DNA of 64,000 bases from a virus. Positions 1 to 10,056 of the stretch are shown piece by piece. The position numbers and the translations under genes were made by a program. The stretch covers positions 102,892 through 166,891 of IMG/VR virus record IMGVR_UViG_3300044972_002389; one strand, 5' to 3'. Position 1 is the stretch's first letter. Every line of letters starts with the position of its first letter. The notes under the pieces are model-generated. The model saw only the letters and a list, made by a program, of their open reading frames with translations, did no database searches and was not told the origin of the DNA.

Positions 1-9
1 TTATTTTCA

Positions 10-942
10 TCAGCGTGTTTTCCTTTCAATATCTGCAACAATCTTTTGATAGATGTCGTCTAGTTCTTTGGTTGAGAATTTCATTGTGCCTTCATTCAGC
101 CTATTGCTGAGATTTACGTCCAGACCAGCAATACGAATAGGACTATATTTCCTAGCAGCAGGCTTTTCAATTATTTGAAAGTAATCTGGATAGCTGGTGT
201 TCTTGGGAAACGTACTCCCAATAATTACTGTGCCTGGTACTCCAGAGGCTCTAGCAATATGCTGGCCTACACTGTCACATCCTACAAAATAGTCAGAGTT
301 GGCAACTAGAGCTGACCAAACTCTTAAATCAGCAGTGTATTTGGCACTCCAGTTGTCGTCTTTCAATTGAAAGTCAGGCTCGCCAAAAAAGATCATGTTG
401 TATTTTTGATTAAGACGCCGGCTCAGGCTCAAATAGTCGTTTGAGCTTAAGCTTCTGCTTTCTTCGTCAATCACTGTGGCACGATCCAGTTTGGCACCAC
501 GGCCAAAGGGTTGAAATACAATAGTTTTGTTCTTTTTGCTCACACTTTTGAGATCAGCTATGGTATTCTTGGCTACTAGAGTTTCTTGTTGATTGAATGC
601 CAAGCGTGGTGGCAATAAATCACTGTGATCTGTAGTTTGGTTGATTTCCCTGTCAAAAGCTTCAGCCAAACTTATCTCTTGCCTAAAATATGCTGGGATA
701 CGATAAGGCTCCGGGGTTACTATTTGATCAGCATTCTTGACTACGTTGTCAAAAACACCTTTTGTATCAAGATTGTAGGTGCGATCTTGCAGCTCGGGAA
801 TACCCCAGTATAAGAAATCCCATGCCCCAACCAACACAGCCCATTCGCTGTTGGGATGCAATCGACCGTATTTGATTAATGCAGGAATAGCGGTGATTAC
901 TCTACCAGCACCACCGTCTATCCAAAATATCTTTTTTGTCAT
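10..942 (-). CDS. GT9-family (heptosyltransferase-like) glycosyltransferase
   Basis: C-terminal VGCDSVGQHIARASGVPGTVIIGSTFP matches the GT9 D-S-G-x-x-H-L/I-A...G-T-P...G-P-T signature. The ORF-track start at 996 is a TTG; ATG at 942 is preceded by GAGGAA. Confidence 0.6.
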   Translation of the reverse strand: MTKKIFWIDGGAGRVITAIPALIKYGRLHPNSEWAVLVGAWDFLYWGIPELQDRTYNLDTKGVFDNVVKNADQIVTPEPYRIPAYFRQEISLAEAFDREINQTTDHSDLLPPRLAFNQQETLVAKNTIADLKSVSKKNKTIVFQPFGRGAKLDRATVIDEESRSLSSNDYLSLSRRLNQKYNMIFFGEPDFQLKDDNWSAKYTADLRVWSALVANSDYFVGCDSVGQHIARASGVPGTVIIGSTFPKNTSYPDYFQIIEKPAARKYSPIRIAGLDVNLSNRLNEGTMKFSTKELDDIYQKIVADIERKTR

Positions 943-1064
943 TCTAGTTCCTCGAAGCTTCAAGATATTATAAGGCAAATTGACTATTTTTGCCAAAATT
1001 TAAGATTCATCTGCCTATAATAGACTAAAAAGCTGTTGAGAACTTGACCAACACTTGTAGGTAG

Positions 1065-1763
1065 TCACAATTGCCGGCCTTTTGTCTGTCCCAGCCCTGT
1101 GTACCATTGTAGGAAGTCACCCTGATATTGCTTATAGCCGCCGTGCTTGCAAGTGATTGTGGTGTCAAGATATATGGGAAATCCGCCTTCCTGAAGTTTT
1201 TCAAACATACGTATGTCCTCACTCATAAGACCGGTGTTGGTAACTATCACATCACAGATCATTCGGCGTTGCTTCATGTCTTTGGGATCAATATAGGCTT
1301 GACTGGTGTTCCACAAATGGTTTATAGCTTGTCGACTCATGCGTGCAAATCCTGTGCCCAAGCCATCAACTTCCATCAAACCAGTTTGCGGGTCAATAGG
1401 GCGTTTAGTCATTTGTCTTACAACATATTCTGGACGATCCCCTTTTTTGGGATATGTGCCACCCACAACATCTACAGGATGATCCAGTAGTTTAAAAAAC
1501 TGTTGCGGGGTCCATTCAATATCTTGATCAATCCATACGAGATCATCAACACCGATCTCATATGCTAATTGCAAGGTGTCATTTCTAGCTCTTTGAATCA
1601 ATGCATCGAAGCTGACCCATAAGGGTAAAAGTTCAATGTTTCTTTTTTCAGCAGCTTTAGTAGTATAAAATAAACTGCTAGTGTAGCTGACCTCTACCTT
1701 GCCATCATAGCTAGGGGTGCCTATCATTACTCTGCGACGAGTTGATTGATTAAAATTTGCCAT
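1065..1763 (-). CDS. putative glycosyltransferase (fold unassigned)
   Basis: 232-aa ORF that overlaps and is co-oriented with two glycosyltransferase genes. It has a WIDQD acidic motif, and no confident family match can be made from sequence alone. Confidence 0.4.
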   Translation of the reverse strand: MANFNQSTRRRVMIGTPSYDGKVEVSYTSSLFYTTKAAEKRNIELLPLWVSFDALIQRARNDTLQLAYEIGVDDLVWIDQDIEWTPQQFFKLLDHPVDVVGGTYPKKGDRPEYVVRQMTKRPIDPQTGLMEVDGLGTGFARMSRQAINHLWNTSQAYIDPKDMKQRRMICDVIVTNTGLMSEDIRMFEKLQEGGFPIYLDTTITCKHGGYKQYQGDFLQWYTGLGQTKGRQL

Positions 1764-2635
1764 TCGTGTATTCTAGTGTTCCAACTGTAGAGTTTGTCAA
1801 ATAATAATGCTTGATTTTGCCATTGAGGGTTATTTGAATCATATTTGCTCAATTGGTTATCAAGAGATTTAGCAAAGGCTGCTGACAATACCCGTTTGTT
1901 GGTAGTATAGTCTACAAAACAAGCACTTTCGCCAAGGGTTTCTTCAAGAGCACCAAGTCGAGTGGTGACCACCTGGCACCCAGCACTAGCAGCCTCTATT
2001 GCTGAGATGCAGCTGGTTTCTGGGAAAGTGCTGGGATATACCCATAAGTGACTGCCTTGCAATCTCTTTCTCACAGCTTGATTGAGCCCGTAACCAACAT
2101 ACTGGATTTGAGTGTGCTGGCGACAGCGATCAAACAAAGACTGATAGCCTCTCATGGTGCTGTCACTGAAACCTTTGCCATAGATAATGGTGCTGCTGTA
2201 AACTGTGAGACGCCAGTTTTGATATTGCAGTTGGTCTACAGCATCCAGCAACACATCAAGTCCTCTCCAAGGAGTGCTGGTGTAGATCATTTCAATTTGC
2301 TGAGAGGCGGGTTTGAGTTGCCAATTGAAAGAGTGTATGGCATTGCGGATCACAACTGTTTTGTTTGGATCTATGCCAAAATAGTTTATCCATTTTATAC
2401 GTTGCCATTCACTTACAAATATCCAGCAAGCAACAGCCTGTTGAAACTGTGGATTAGCCGCACCTTGACTGGCCTCTTGGTCGGTGTCGAGATGCTGCCA
2501 AACAACGTTCTTTTTGTTGGGATCTATTTGATGTAAGCTGCAATTGCTTACTATGAGATTCAACGATGTTGGCCAACCTCCCAGTTGTTGAGAGAGATTG
2601 GCCATCATGAGTTCAGTGCCACCGCGTGGGATCAT
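1727..2635 (-). CDS. GT4-family glycosyltransferase
   Basis: FPETSCISAIEAASAGCQVVTT is the GT4 E-x7-E motif region. 302 aa. Confidence 0.6.
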   Translation of the reverse strand: MIPRGGTELMMANLSQQLGGWPTSLNLIVSNCSLHQIDPNKKNVVWQHLDTDQEASQGAANPQFQQAVACWIFVSEWQRIKWINYFGIDPNKTVVIRNAIHSFNWQLKPASQQIEMIYTSTPWRGLDVLLDAVDQLQYQNWRLTVYSSTIIYGKGFSDSTMRGYQSLFDRCRQHTQIQYVGYGLNQAVRKRLQGSHLWVYPSTFPETSCISAIEAASAGCQVVTTRLGALEETLGESACFVDYTTNKRVLSAAFAKSLDNQLSKYDSNNPQWQNQALLFDKLYSWNTRIHEWQILINQLVAE

Positions 2636-2646
2636 AAGCCTAAAGT

Positions 2647-5600
2647 CTACACACCTTTGGCAGTGAGTGCAAGTTCAAGAGCTGTCACACGCTGATTGAG
2701 CTGATCGTTGCTTTCAGCCAACTCTTGCACAGCTCGAATCAACACAGGGAACACGTTAGCTACTGTGGCTTCAAGCTTCTCTGGGTTGTCCTCAAGCACC
2801 AAATGCAGCCAGTCTTGTAGATTATATCGATTGCTGACTTCCAGTACTTCTTGAGCAATAAATCCAGCGCTCTTGACCCCTACTCGGCTGCCATCTCTAG
2901 TATTCCATGTGAATTTTACTGGACGTAGATCACGTATCAGCTGCAATCCCAAAGGAATATCTTCGATGTCAGTTTTGTCTCTAGCATCAGACAAAGCAGT
3001 AATAGTAGTTACCTGAGCTCGCAGTGTAGTAATGCTGGAATCACCAAAAGTTATTGTGTTGTTGCTGGTTGCTGTTGCTCCACTTGCACCGCATCCCAAA
3101 AACACGTTGTTACTGCCATTTGTGTTGCTCGTACCTGCTGATCGTCCTATTGCAGTGTTGTTTGTGCCATTGGTATTCTGCTGTAGGGCAGCGCCGCCAA
3201 TTGCTATGTTTGAATTGGTGGTATTGTTCCTTAGAGCACATGCCCCCAATGCAATGTTGTCACTGCCACAAAAGTTAGTGCCAAGGGCATCAAAGCCCAG
3301 GCCTATATTATTGATACCACTTGTATTAAATTGGAGTGCCCAACAACCAACTGCAATGTTATTGCTACCAGTTGTATTGCATCGTAGAGCACAAGCACCG
3401 ATAGCTGTATTATTACTACCATTTTGGTTGCAACAAAGCGCAGCTAGGCCAAATGCCATGTTAAATAGCCCAGTGCTGCTGGTATTGGATGTGCCTATTT
3501 TATAACTGCTAGTGCAGTCCAAACACGCATATCCACAACAGCCCACAGGGTTGCCGTTTATAGCAAATCCATTCCCATCTATAGCCAGTCGCAGACAACT
3601 GCCAGCAGCAATCAGCACACAAGATACACTGCCTGCTGCTGGTGTTACATTGCCAATTACCGTGTTGTTGAACCCAGTTGTGATCAGACTTCCAGCGTTT
3701 TGGCCAATTGCTATGTTACATGTTCCAGTGGTGTTGGCAGTCAGCGCACCAATACCCAGTGCTATGTTACCAGTCCCAGTAGTATTCTGCTGTAGGGCAG
3801 CGCCGCCAATTGCTATGTTTGAATTGGTGGTATTGTTCCTTAGAGCACATGCCCCCAATGCAATGTTGTCACAGCCACCAGGGTTAATTCCAAGGGCATC
3901 AAAGCCCATGCCTATGTTATTGTTACCACTTGTATTAAATTGGAGTGCTAAACAACCAACTGCAATGTTGTGACACCCGCTAGTATTGCATCGTAGAGCA
4001 GACGCACCGATAGCTGTATTGCTACAACCATTACGGTTGCAACAAAGCGCAGCTAGGCCAAATGCCATGTTAAATAGCCCAGTGCTGCTGGTATTGGATG
4101 TGCCTATTTTATAACTGCTAGTGCAGTCCAAACACGCATATCCACAACAGCCCACAGGGTTGCCGTTTATAGCAAATCCATTCCCATCTATAGCCAGTCG
4201 CAGACAACTGCCAGCAGCAATCAGCACACAAGATACACTGCCTGCTGCTGGTGTTACATTGCCAATTACCGTGTTGTTGAACCCAGTTGTGATCAGACTT
4301 CCAGCGTTTTGGCCAATTGCTATGTTACATGTTCCAGTGGTGTTGGCAGTCAGCGCACCAATACCCAGTGCTATGTTACCAGTCCCAGTAGTATTCTGCG
4401 ATAGGGCAAAGTAACCAATTGCTATGTTGCAACCGGTGGTGTTTGAGCAAAGGGCCAATGCCCCCAATGCTATGTTGTCACTTCCATTCAAGTTAGTGCC
4501 TAGGGCATTAACTCCCATGCCTATGTTATTGCAACCTAGTGTGTTGAATTGAAGTGCCAAACAACCAATTGCAATATTATGAGACCCGTTCTGGTTGCAT
4601 CGTAGAGCAGACGCACCGATAGCTGTATTGCTACAACCAGTTAAATTACAACAAAGCGCCCCTTGGCCAAATGCCATGTTAAATGTCCCAGCACTGCTGG
4701 ACATAAATGTGCCTATTTTATAACTGGAAGTGCAGTCCAAACATGCATATCCACAGCTACCAATAGATGCTCCATTAACATAAAGCCCAGTTCCGTCTAC
4801 TCGCAGTCGTTCACATGCGCCAGCACCAATCAATACAGTGCAAACCAAACCCCCGGTGCCAGACAAATTGCCAATTACCGTGTTGTTGAACCCAGTGGTT
4901 ATTAGGGAGCCAGCGTTTTGGCCAATTGCTATGTTACATGTTCCAGTGGTGTTGGCAGTCAGCGCACCAATACCCAGTGCTATGTTAAATGTGCCATTGG
5001 TATTCTGCTGTAGGGCAGCGCCGCCAATTGCTATGTTTGAATTGGTAAGATTGTTCCTTAGAGCACATGCCCCCAATGCAATGTTGTCACAGCCACCAGG
5101 GTTAATGCCAAGGGCATCAAAGCCCATGCCTATGTTATTGTTACCAGTTAGGTTTAATTGGAGTGCCAAACAACCAACTGCAATGTTATTGCTACCAGCA
5201 GTATTGCATCGTAGAGCAGACGCACCGATAGCTGTATTGCTACTACCATTACGGTTGCAACAAAGCGCACCTAGGCCAAATGCCATGTTATATAACCCAG
5301 TGCTGCTGGACATAAATGTGCCTATTTTATAACTGCTAGTGCAGTCCAAAGACGCATATCCACAGCTACCAATAGATGCCCCATTAACATAAAGCCCACT
5401 TGAGTCTACTTTCAGTCGTTCACAACTGCCAGCACCAATCAATACAGTGTTATTCAAACCCGTAGTGCCAGACAAATTGCCAATTATTGTGTTGTTGCAC
5501 CCAGTTGTGATCAGACTTCCAGCGAGTTGGCCAATTGCTATGTTACATGTTCCAACGGTGTTTGCACCTAGCGCACCAATACCCAGTGCTATGTTAAATG

Positions 5601-8600
5601 TGCCACTGCAATTCTGCTGTAGGGCAGCGCCGCCAATTGCTATGTTTGAATTGGTCTGATTGTTCCTTAGAGCACATGCCCCCAATGCAATGTTGTCACT
5701 GCCACCAGAGGTAGTGCCAAGGGTGCCAAGGGCATCAAAGCCCATGCCTATGTTATTGTTACCACTTGTATTAAATTGGAGTGCCAGACAACCAACTGCA
5801 ATGTTATTGCTACCAGTTGTATTGCATCGTAGAGCAGACGCACCGATAGCTGTATTATTACTACCATTTAGATTAAGACAAAGCGCAGCTAGGCCAAATG
5901 CCATGTTATATAACCCAGTGCTGCTGGACATAAATGTGCCTATTTTATAACTGCTATAGACGTCCAAACACGCATATCCACAGCTACCAATAGATGCCCC
6001 ATTAACATAAAGCCCACTTGAGTCTACTTTCAGTCGTTCACAACTGCCAGCACCAATCAATACAGTGTTATTCAAACCCGTAGTGCCAGACAAATTGCCA
6101 ATTATTGTGTTGTTGCACCCAGTTGTGATCAGACTTCCAGCGAGTTGGCCAATTGCTATGTTACATGTTCCAACGGTGTTTGCACCTAGCGCACCAATAC
6201 CCAGTGCTATGTTAAATGTGCCACTGCAATTCTGCTGTAGGGCAGCGCCGCCAATTGCTATGTTTGAATTGGTCTGATTGTTCCTTAGAGCACATGCCCC
6301 CAATGCAATGTTGTCACTGCCACCAGAGGTAGTGCCAAGGGTGCCAAGGGCATCAAAGCCCATGCCTATGTTATTGTTACCAGTTAGGTTAAGTTGGAGT
6401 GCTAAACAACCAACTGCAATATTGTGACACCCGCTAGTATTGCATCGTAGAGCAGACGCACCGATAGCTGTATTGCTACAACCATTTCGGTTACAACAAA
6501 GCGCACCTTGGCCAAATGCCATGTTAAATGTCCCAGTGCTGCTGGTATTGAATGTGCCTATTTTATAACTGCTAGTGCAGTCCAAACACGCATATCCGCA
6601 ACAGCCCACACCGCTGCCGTTTATAGCAAATCCATTCACATCTATAGCCAGTCGCTGACAACTGCCAGCAGCAATCAGCACACAACATACACTGCCGGCT
6701 GCTGGTGACAAATTGCCAATTATTGTGTTGTTGAACCCAGTTGTGATCAGACTTCCAGCGAGTTGGCCAATTGCTATGTTACATATTCCAGCGGTGTTTG
6801 CAGTCAGCGCACCAATACCCAGTGCTATGTTAAATGTGCCACTGGTATTCTGCTGTAGGGCAGCGCCGCCAATTGCTATGTTTGAATTGGTAATATTGTT
6901 CCTTAGAGCACATGCCCCCAATGCAATGTTGTCACTGCCATTAAAATTAGTGCCAAGGGCATCAAAGCCCATGCCTATGTTATTGTTACCACTTGTATTA
7001 AATTGGAGTGCCAAACAACCAACTGCAATGTTATTGCTACCAGTTGTATTGCATCGTAGAGCACTCGCACCGATAGCTGTATTGCTACAACCATTTCGGT
7101 TACAACAAAGCGCACCTTGGCCAAAAGCAAAGTTGTTTGTTCCTGTACTGACTGTAAGGCCGTTACCAACCTTATAGCTGGCATAGATGTCCAAATTGGC
7201 AGTAGTAGCCGCAACACCTGTTAAAGCAGCGCCGCAACCAAAATAACATCTTGCACACACGTCCCCTGTGCCGTTGTTGACAACCAAACAGTTTGCGTCA
7301 ACTCTTAGTCTTTCGTTTGTTCCAGCGCCTATCAACACTGTGTTCACACAATCAGCTGTGCCAGCCAAGTTACCAATTACTGTATTACTGCACCCAGTTG
7401 TTATTGAAAAACCTGCACAAACGCCTATACCAATGTTGCTGTTACCAGTTGTGTTGCAGTTCAGGGCCATGAATCCAAGTGCTGTATTGAAACAGCCTAT
7501 AGTATTTGACTTAAGACTATTCCCGCCAACCGCAGTATTGCACAAACCTATTGTGTTAGCTGTAAGGCTGCAAGTGCCTATACCAACATTTTCCACTCCT
7601 GTGGTATTGGCGTCTACAGCATAAGCCCCAATTCCAATGTTGTTAAAGCCTGAGGTATTAGCCCCCAATGCAAAGGCACCAAAACCTATGTTTTGGCATC
7701 CTATTGTATTGTTTTGAAGTACTTGCTCACCAACCGCAGTGTTGTAGCCACCAGTTGTAGTCCTTCTCAAGGCAAAATGTCCCAGAGCCACATTGGCTGT
7801 TCCCTGTGTGCCACTTACGCAACAAAGAGCCCCGTTACCAACACCAATGTTACCACACGGCCCGCCTCCTAACATCATGGTGTCAATGCCTATTGCGATA
7901 TTACTGCGCCCAGTTGTGCTTGCACACATGCTGCTGCTGCCAAATGCCAAGTTTTGACATCCAAAACCGTTGTTGACCAAAGCTAGACAACCAACTGCAA
8001 TGTTATCTGCTCCAGTAGCAGTAGTATTGCCAGCATTATATCCCAACTGCACATTCGACCCAACAGGAGTGTTGGCATAAACTGTCCCCAAACTTGTGGG
8101 AGTAGCAGCAGACACACTTCCGCCGCTAATGCCAGTTAAACCAGCACCACAGCCAAAGAAGCAGCGAGCACACACATCACCAGTGCCATTGTTTACAACT
8201 AGACAATTGGCGTCAACACGGATACGTTCAGTAGCCCCTGCGCCAATCAATACAGTGGCGGTGAGGCCAGCACAACCTGATAAATTACCTATAATAGTAT
8301 TGCTGGTTCCGGTTGTGATATTACCCCCACTGCTGTTGCCAATTGCTATATTACATGCACCAGTAGTTGTGTTGAGTAGCGAAAGAACACCAATGCCAAT
8401 GTTGCAGTTGCCAGTATTAGCGGCCAAAGCACATCTGCCCATTGCAATGTTACGAACTCCTACTGTATTGCTGGCCAAAGCAAATGGCCCAACAGCAACG
8501 TTGCTACCACCCGATGTGTTTGCAGCTAGTGAGCATGCGCCAAGAGCAATATTGCATGCTCCAATGGTGTTGGCACATGATGCGTAGTGGCCGATAGCTG

Positions 8601-9783
8601 TATTCAAGGTTCCTGTTGTGTTGGCAGAGAGGGCAAACGATCCAAATGCAGCATTGTCTGAACCAACTGAGCTGCTGCACATGCTGGAGAATCCCAAAGC
8701 AATATTGTTGCAGCCTGTGGTGTTGCAGCGCAAAGCATTTGAGCCCACAGCGATGTTCCATAAGCCGTTAGTGAGTCCTCCCAGGGCACTGCTGCCAACA
8801 GCTACGTTGTCTGATCCACTCACACTATTGAACAGGGCACAGTCACCAACAGCAATGTTCCGACTGCCACTGGTGTTGTTAAACAAACTGTTGTTGCCAA
8901 CAGCAATGTTCAAGTTGCCTTGGGTATTGCAACGCAAGGCGCTTGTGCCCAGTGCAGTATTGTAGCTGCCTGTTGTGTTGCACAACAGGGTGGCTTCACC
9001 AAATGCGGCATTGAAGCTGCCAGTGGTATTAGTGCACAGACTGTTCCGCCCAACAGCCACATTCATTTGGCCCACAGTGTTGGCATATAGTGCACACCGC
9101 CCTACAGCCACGTTCCAATTGCCAGTTGTGTTTGAGAACAACGCGTCGCTGCCAAGGGCAGTATTTTCTTGCCCAATCGTATTGGATTTGAGCGCGTCTA
9201 CCCCCACGGCAGTGTTTTGAACGCCAGTTGTGTTATTGCTGAGCGCCAAACAACCAATAGCAATATTTTCTGTGCCTGTGCTGGTTGTGCTGCCTGCACA
9301 GTATCCTATTGCAGTGTTGGAGTTGTTGCTTGTGAGGCCATACACAGTTCCCAATTGAATTGGAGTTGCTGCTGAAACTGCCCCGCCAGAAATGCCAGTT
9401 AAACCAGCACCACAACCAAAGAAGCAGCGGGCACACACATCACCAGTGCCATTGTTGACAACTAGACAATTGGCGTCAACACGCAATCTCTCAGTTGTGC
9501 CAGCACCAATCAGCACAGTGTCAACGAGGCCTGGGGTACCAGCCAACTGCCCAATCACTGTGTTGGCACAGCCTGTTGTGATGCTACCACCAGCATAGAC
9601 ACCTAGACCCATGTTCAGAGAGCCGGTTGAGACAGCCAGAAGAGCCCCACCACCAAAAGCTGTATTGCTAACACCTGTGTTGAGATTACAAAGTGCATTG
9701 ATACCCACGGCTGTGTTAAGTGCAGTCGTATTGCATCCTGTACTATTGGGAATCACTATATTCCCACAAATTTTTATCGCCAT
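2647..9783 (-). CDS. giant tail fibre/spike protein with Hep_Hag-like NxAxG beta-helix repeats and C-terminal intramolecular chaperone (peptidase S74-type) domain
   Basis: 2378 aa, extremely Gly/Asn/Thr/Ala rich, with NIAIG/NTAIG repeat units. The C-terminus (TITALSDARDKTDIEDIPLGL...VQELAESNDQLNQRVTALELAL) matches the autoproteolytic intramolecular-chaperone module of endosialidase and T5 L-shaped fibre (Ser-Asp...Lys). Confidence 0.8.
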   Translation of the reverse strand: MAIKICGNIVIPNSTGCNTTALNTAVGINALCNLNTGVSNTAFGGGALLAVSTGSLNMGLGVYAGGSITTGCANTVIGQLAGTPGLVDTVLIGAGTTERLRVDANCLVVNNGTGDVCARCFFGCGAGLTGISGGAVSAATPIQLGTVYGLTSNNSNTAIGYCAGSTTSTGTENIAIGCLALSNNTTGVQNTAVGVDALKSNTIGQENTALGSDALFSNTTGNWNVAVGRCALYANTVGQMNVAVGRNSLCTNTTGSFNAAFGEATLLCNTTGSYNTALGTSALRCNTQGNLNIAVGNNSLFNNTSGSRNIAVGDCALFNSVSGSDNVAVGSSALGGLTNGLWNIAVGSNALRCNTTGCNNIALGFSSMCSSSVGSDNAAFGSFALSANTTGTLNTAIGHYASCANTIGACNIALGACSLAANTSGGSNVAVGPFALASNTVGVRNIAMGRCALAANTGNCNIGIGVLSLLNTTTGACNIAIGNSSGGNITTGTSNTIIGNLSGCAGLTATVLIGAGATERIRVDANCLVVNNGTGDVCARCFFGCGAGLTGISGGSVSAATPTSLGTVYANTPVGSNVQLGYNAGNTTATGADNIAVGCLALVNNGFGCQNLAFGSSSMCASTTGRSNIAIGIDTMMLGGGPCGNIGVGNGALCCVSGTQGTANVALGHFALRRTTTGGYNTAVGEQVLQNNTIGCQNIGFGAFALGANTSGFNNIGIGAYAVDANTTGVENVGIGTCSLTANTIGLCNTAVGGNSLKSNTIGCFNTALGFMALNCNTTGNSNIGIGVCAGFSITTGCSNTVIGNLAGTADCVNTVLIGAGTNERLRVDANCLVVNNGTGDVCARCYFGCGAALTGVAATTANLDIYASYKVGNGLTVSTGTNNFAFGQGALCCNRNGCSNTAIGASALRCNTTGSNNIAVGCLALQFNTSGNNNIGMGFDALGTNFNGSDNIALGACALRNNITNSNIAIGGAALQQNTSGTFNIALGIGALTANTAGICNIAIGQLAGSLITTGFNNTIIGNLSPAAGSVCCVLIAAGSCQRLAIDVNGFAINGSGVGCCGYACLDCTSSYKIGTFNTSSTGTFNMAFGQGALCCNRNGCSNTAIGASALRCNTSGCHNIAVGCLALQLNLTGNNNIGMGFDALGTLGTTSGGSDNIALGACALRNNQTNSNIAIGGAALQQNCSGTFNIALGIGALGANTVGTCNIAIGQLAGSLITTGCNNTIIGNLSGTTGLNNTVLIGAGSCERLKVDSSGLYVNGASIGSCGYACLDVYSSYKIGTFMSSSTGLYNMAFGLAALCLNLNGSNNTAIGASALRCNTTGSNNIAVGCLALQFNTSGNNNIGMGFDALGTLGTTSGGSDNIALGACALRNNQTNSNIAIGGAALQQNCSGTFNIALGIGALGANTVGTCNIAIGQLAGSLITTGCNNTIIGNLSGTTGLNNTVLIGAGSCERLKVDSSGLYVNGASIGSCGYASLDCTSSYKIGTFMSSSTGLYNMAFGLGALCCNRNGSSNTAIGASALRCNTAGSNNIAVGCLALQLNLTGNNNIGMGFDALGINPGGCDNIALGACALRNNLTNSNIAIGGAALQQNTNGTFNIALGIGALTANTTGTCNIAIGQNAGSLITTGFNNTVIGNLSGTGGLVCTVLIGAGACERLRVDGTGLYVNGASIGSCGYACLDCTSSYKIGTFMSSSAGTFNMAFGQGALCCNLTGCSNTAIGASALRCNQNGSHNIAIGCLALQFNTLGCNNIGMGVNALGTNLNGSDNIALGALALCSNTTGCNIAIGYFALSQNTTGTGNIALGIGALTANTTGTCNIAIGQNAGSLITTGFNNTVIGNVTPAAGSVSCVLIAAGSCLRLAIDGNGFAINGNPVGCCGYACLDCTSSYKIGTSNTSSTGLFNMAFGLAALCCNRNGCSNTAIGASALRCNTSGCHNIAVGCLALQFNTSGNNNIGMGFDALGINPGGCDNIALGACALRNNTTNSNIAIGGAALQQNTTGTGNIALGIGALTANTTGTCNIAIGQNAGSLITTGFNNTVIGNVTPAAGSVSCVLIAAGSCLRLAIDGNGFAINGNPVGCCGYACLDCTSSYKIGTSNTSSTGLFNMAFGLAALCCNQNGSNNTAIGACALRCNTTGSNNIAVGCWALQFNTSGINNIGLGFDALGTNFCGSDNIALGACALRNNTTNSNIAIGGAALQQNTNGTNNTAIGRSAGTSNTNGSNNVFLGCGASGATATSNNTITFGDSSITTLRAQVTTITALSDARDKTDIEDIPLGLQLIRDLRPVKFTWNTRDGSRVGVKSAGFIAQEVLEVSNRYNLQDWLHLVLEDNPEKLEATVANVFPVLIRAVQELAESNDQLNQRVTALELALTAKGV
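3200..7400 (-). repeat. about 7 tandem coding repeat units of 609-618 bp (203-206 aa) inside the tail fibre gene
   Basis: Opposite-strand ORF translations are identical at 3512/4121 (offset 609) and at 5447/6065 (offset 618). The protein unit CGYACLDCTSSYKIGTF..STG.FNMAFG..ALCCN recurs about 7 times. Boundaries are approximate. Confidence 0.7.
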
Positions 9784-9964
9784 AGTGGATTACACCTTGT
9801 TTTCGTTTTCAGAGTTCTTTCCTGCACTACAACAAAAATGGCTGAACCATCTTCGCTCTCCCCTGCTGGATCAAACTCGGCTACCCCTATTTACGGAATG
9901 GTCTTGGAGCTAGGTAGTTGATTACCGTTTTGCCTCTACCTTTTTAAGGTGTCCTGACACCGTC

Positions 9965-9981
9965 GGGAAAAATTTTTTCCC
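9965..9981. promoter_or_regulatory. perfect palindrome GGGAAAAA/TTTTTCCC between divergent fibre and HExxH-vWA genes
   Basis: gggaaaaattttttccc lies in the divergent intergenic region 9784-10056. Confidence 0.25.
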
Positions 9982-9989
9982 AAATTTCC

Positions 9990-10020
9990 ACGTGACTTAA
10001 GAGTTTTTGGTTGTATATTA
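9990..10020 (+). promoter_or_regulatory. candidate sigma70-type promoter for the 10057 gene
   Basis: GTGACT, about 16 nt, TGTATATT, then AAGGAGG RBS and ATG 10057. Confidence 0.3.
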
Positions 10021-10056
10021 TGCTGAATATGCCACTACGCAAGGAGGCCACTTATT

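Noticed and set aside
3200-7400. Possible CRISPR array suggested by regularly spaced near-identical repeats
   Set aside because: The period is about 610 bp and lies inside one continuous reading frame. Units are coding repeats of a fibre protein, not 25-40 bp repeats with unique spacers.
3032-9913. Numerous 60-160 aa plus-strand ORFs inside the minus-strand tail-fibre gene (for example 3032..3505, 3512..3973, 4121..4414, 4838..5332, 8096..8587, 9611..9913)
   Set aside because: They are antisense to a 7-kb gene with strong coding signal and lack RBS. Their identical translations arise because the sense gene contains tandem repeats. They are artefacts of repetitive, compositionally biased sequence.
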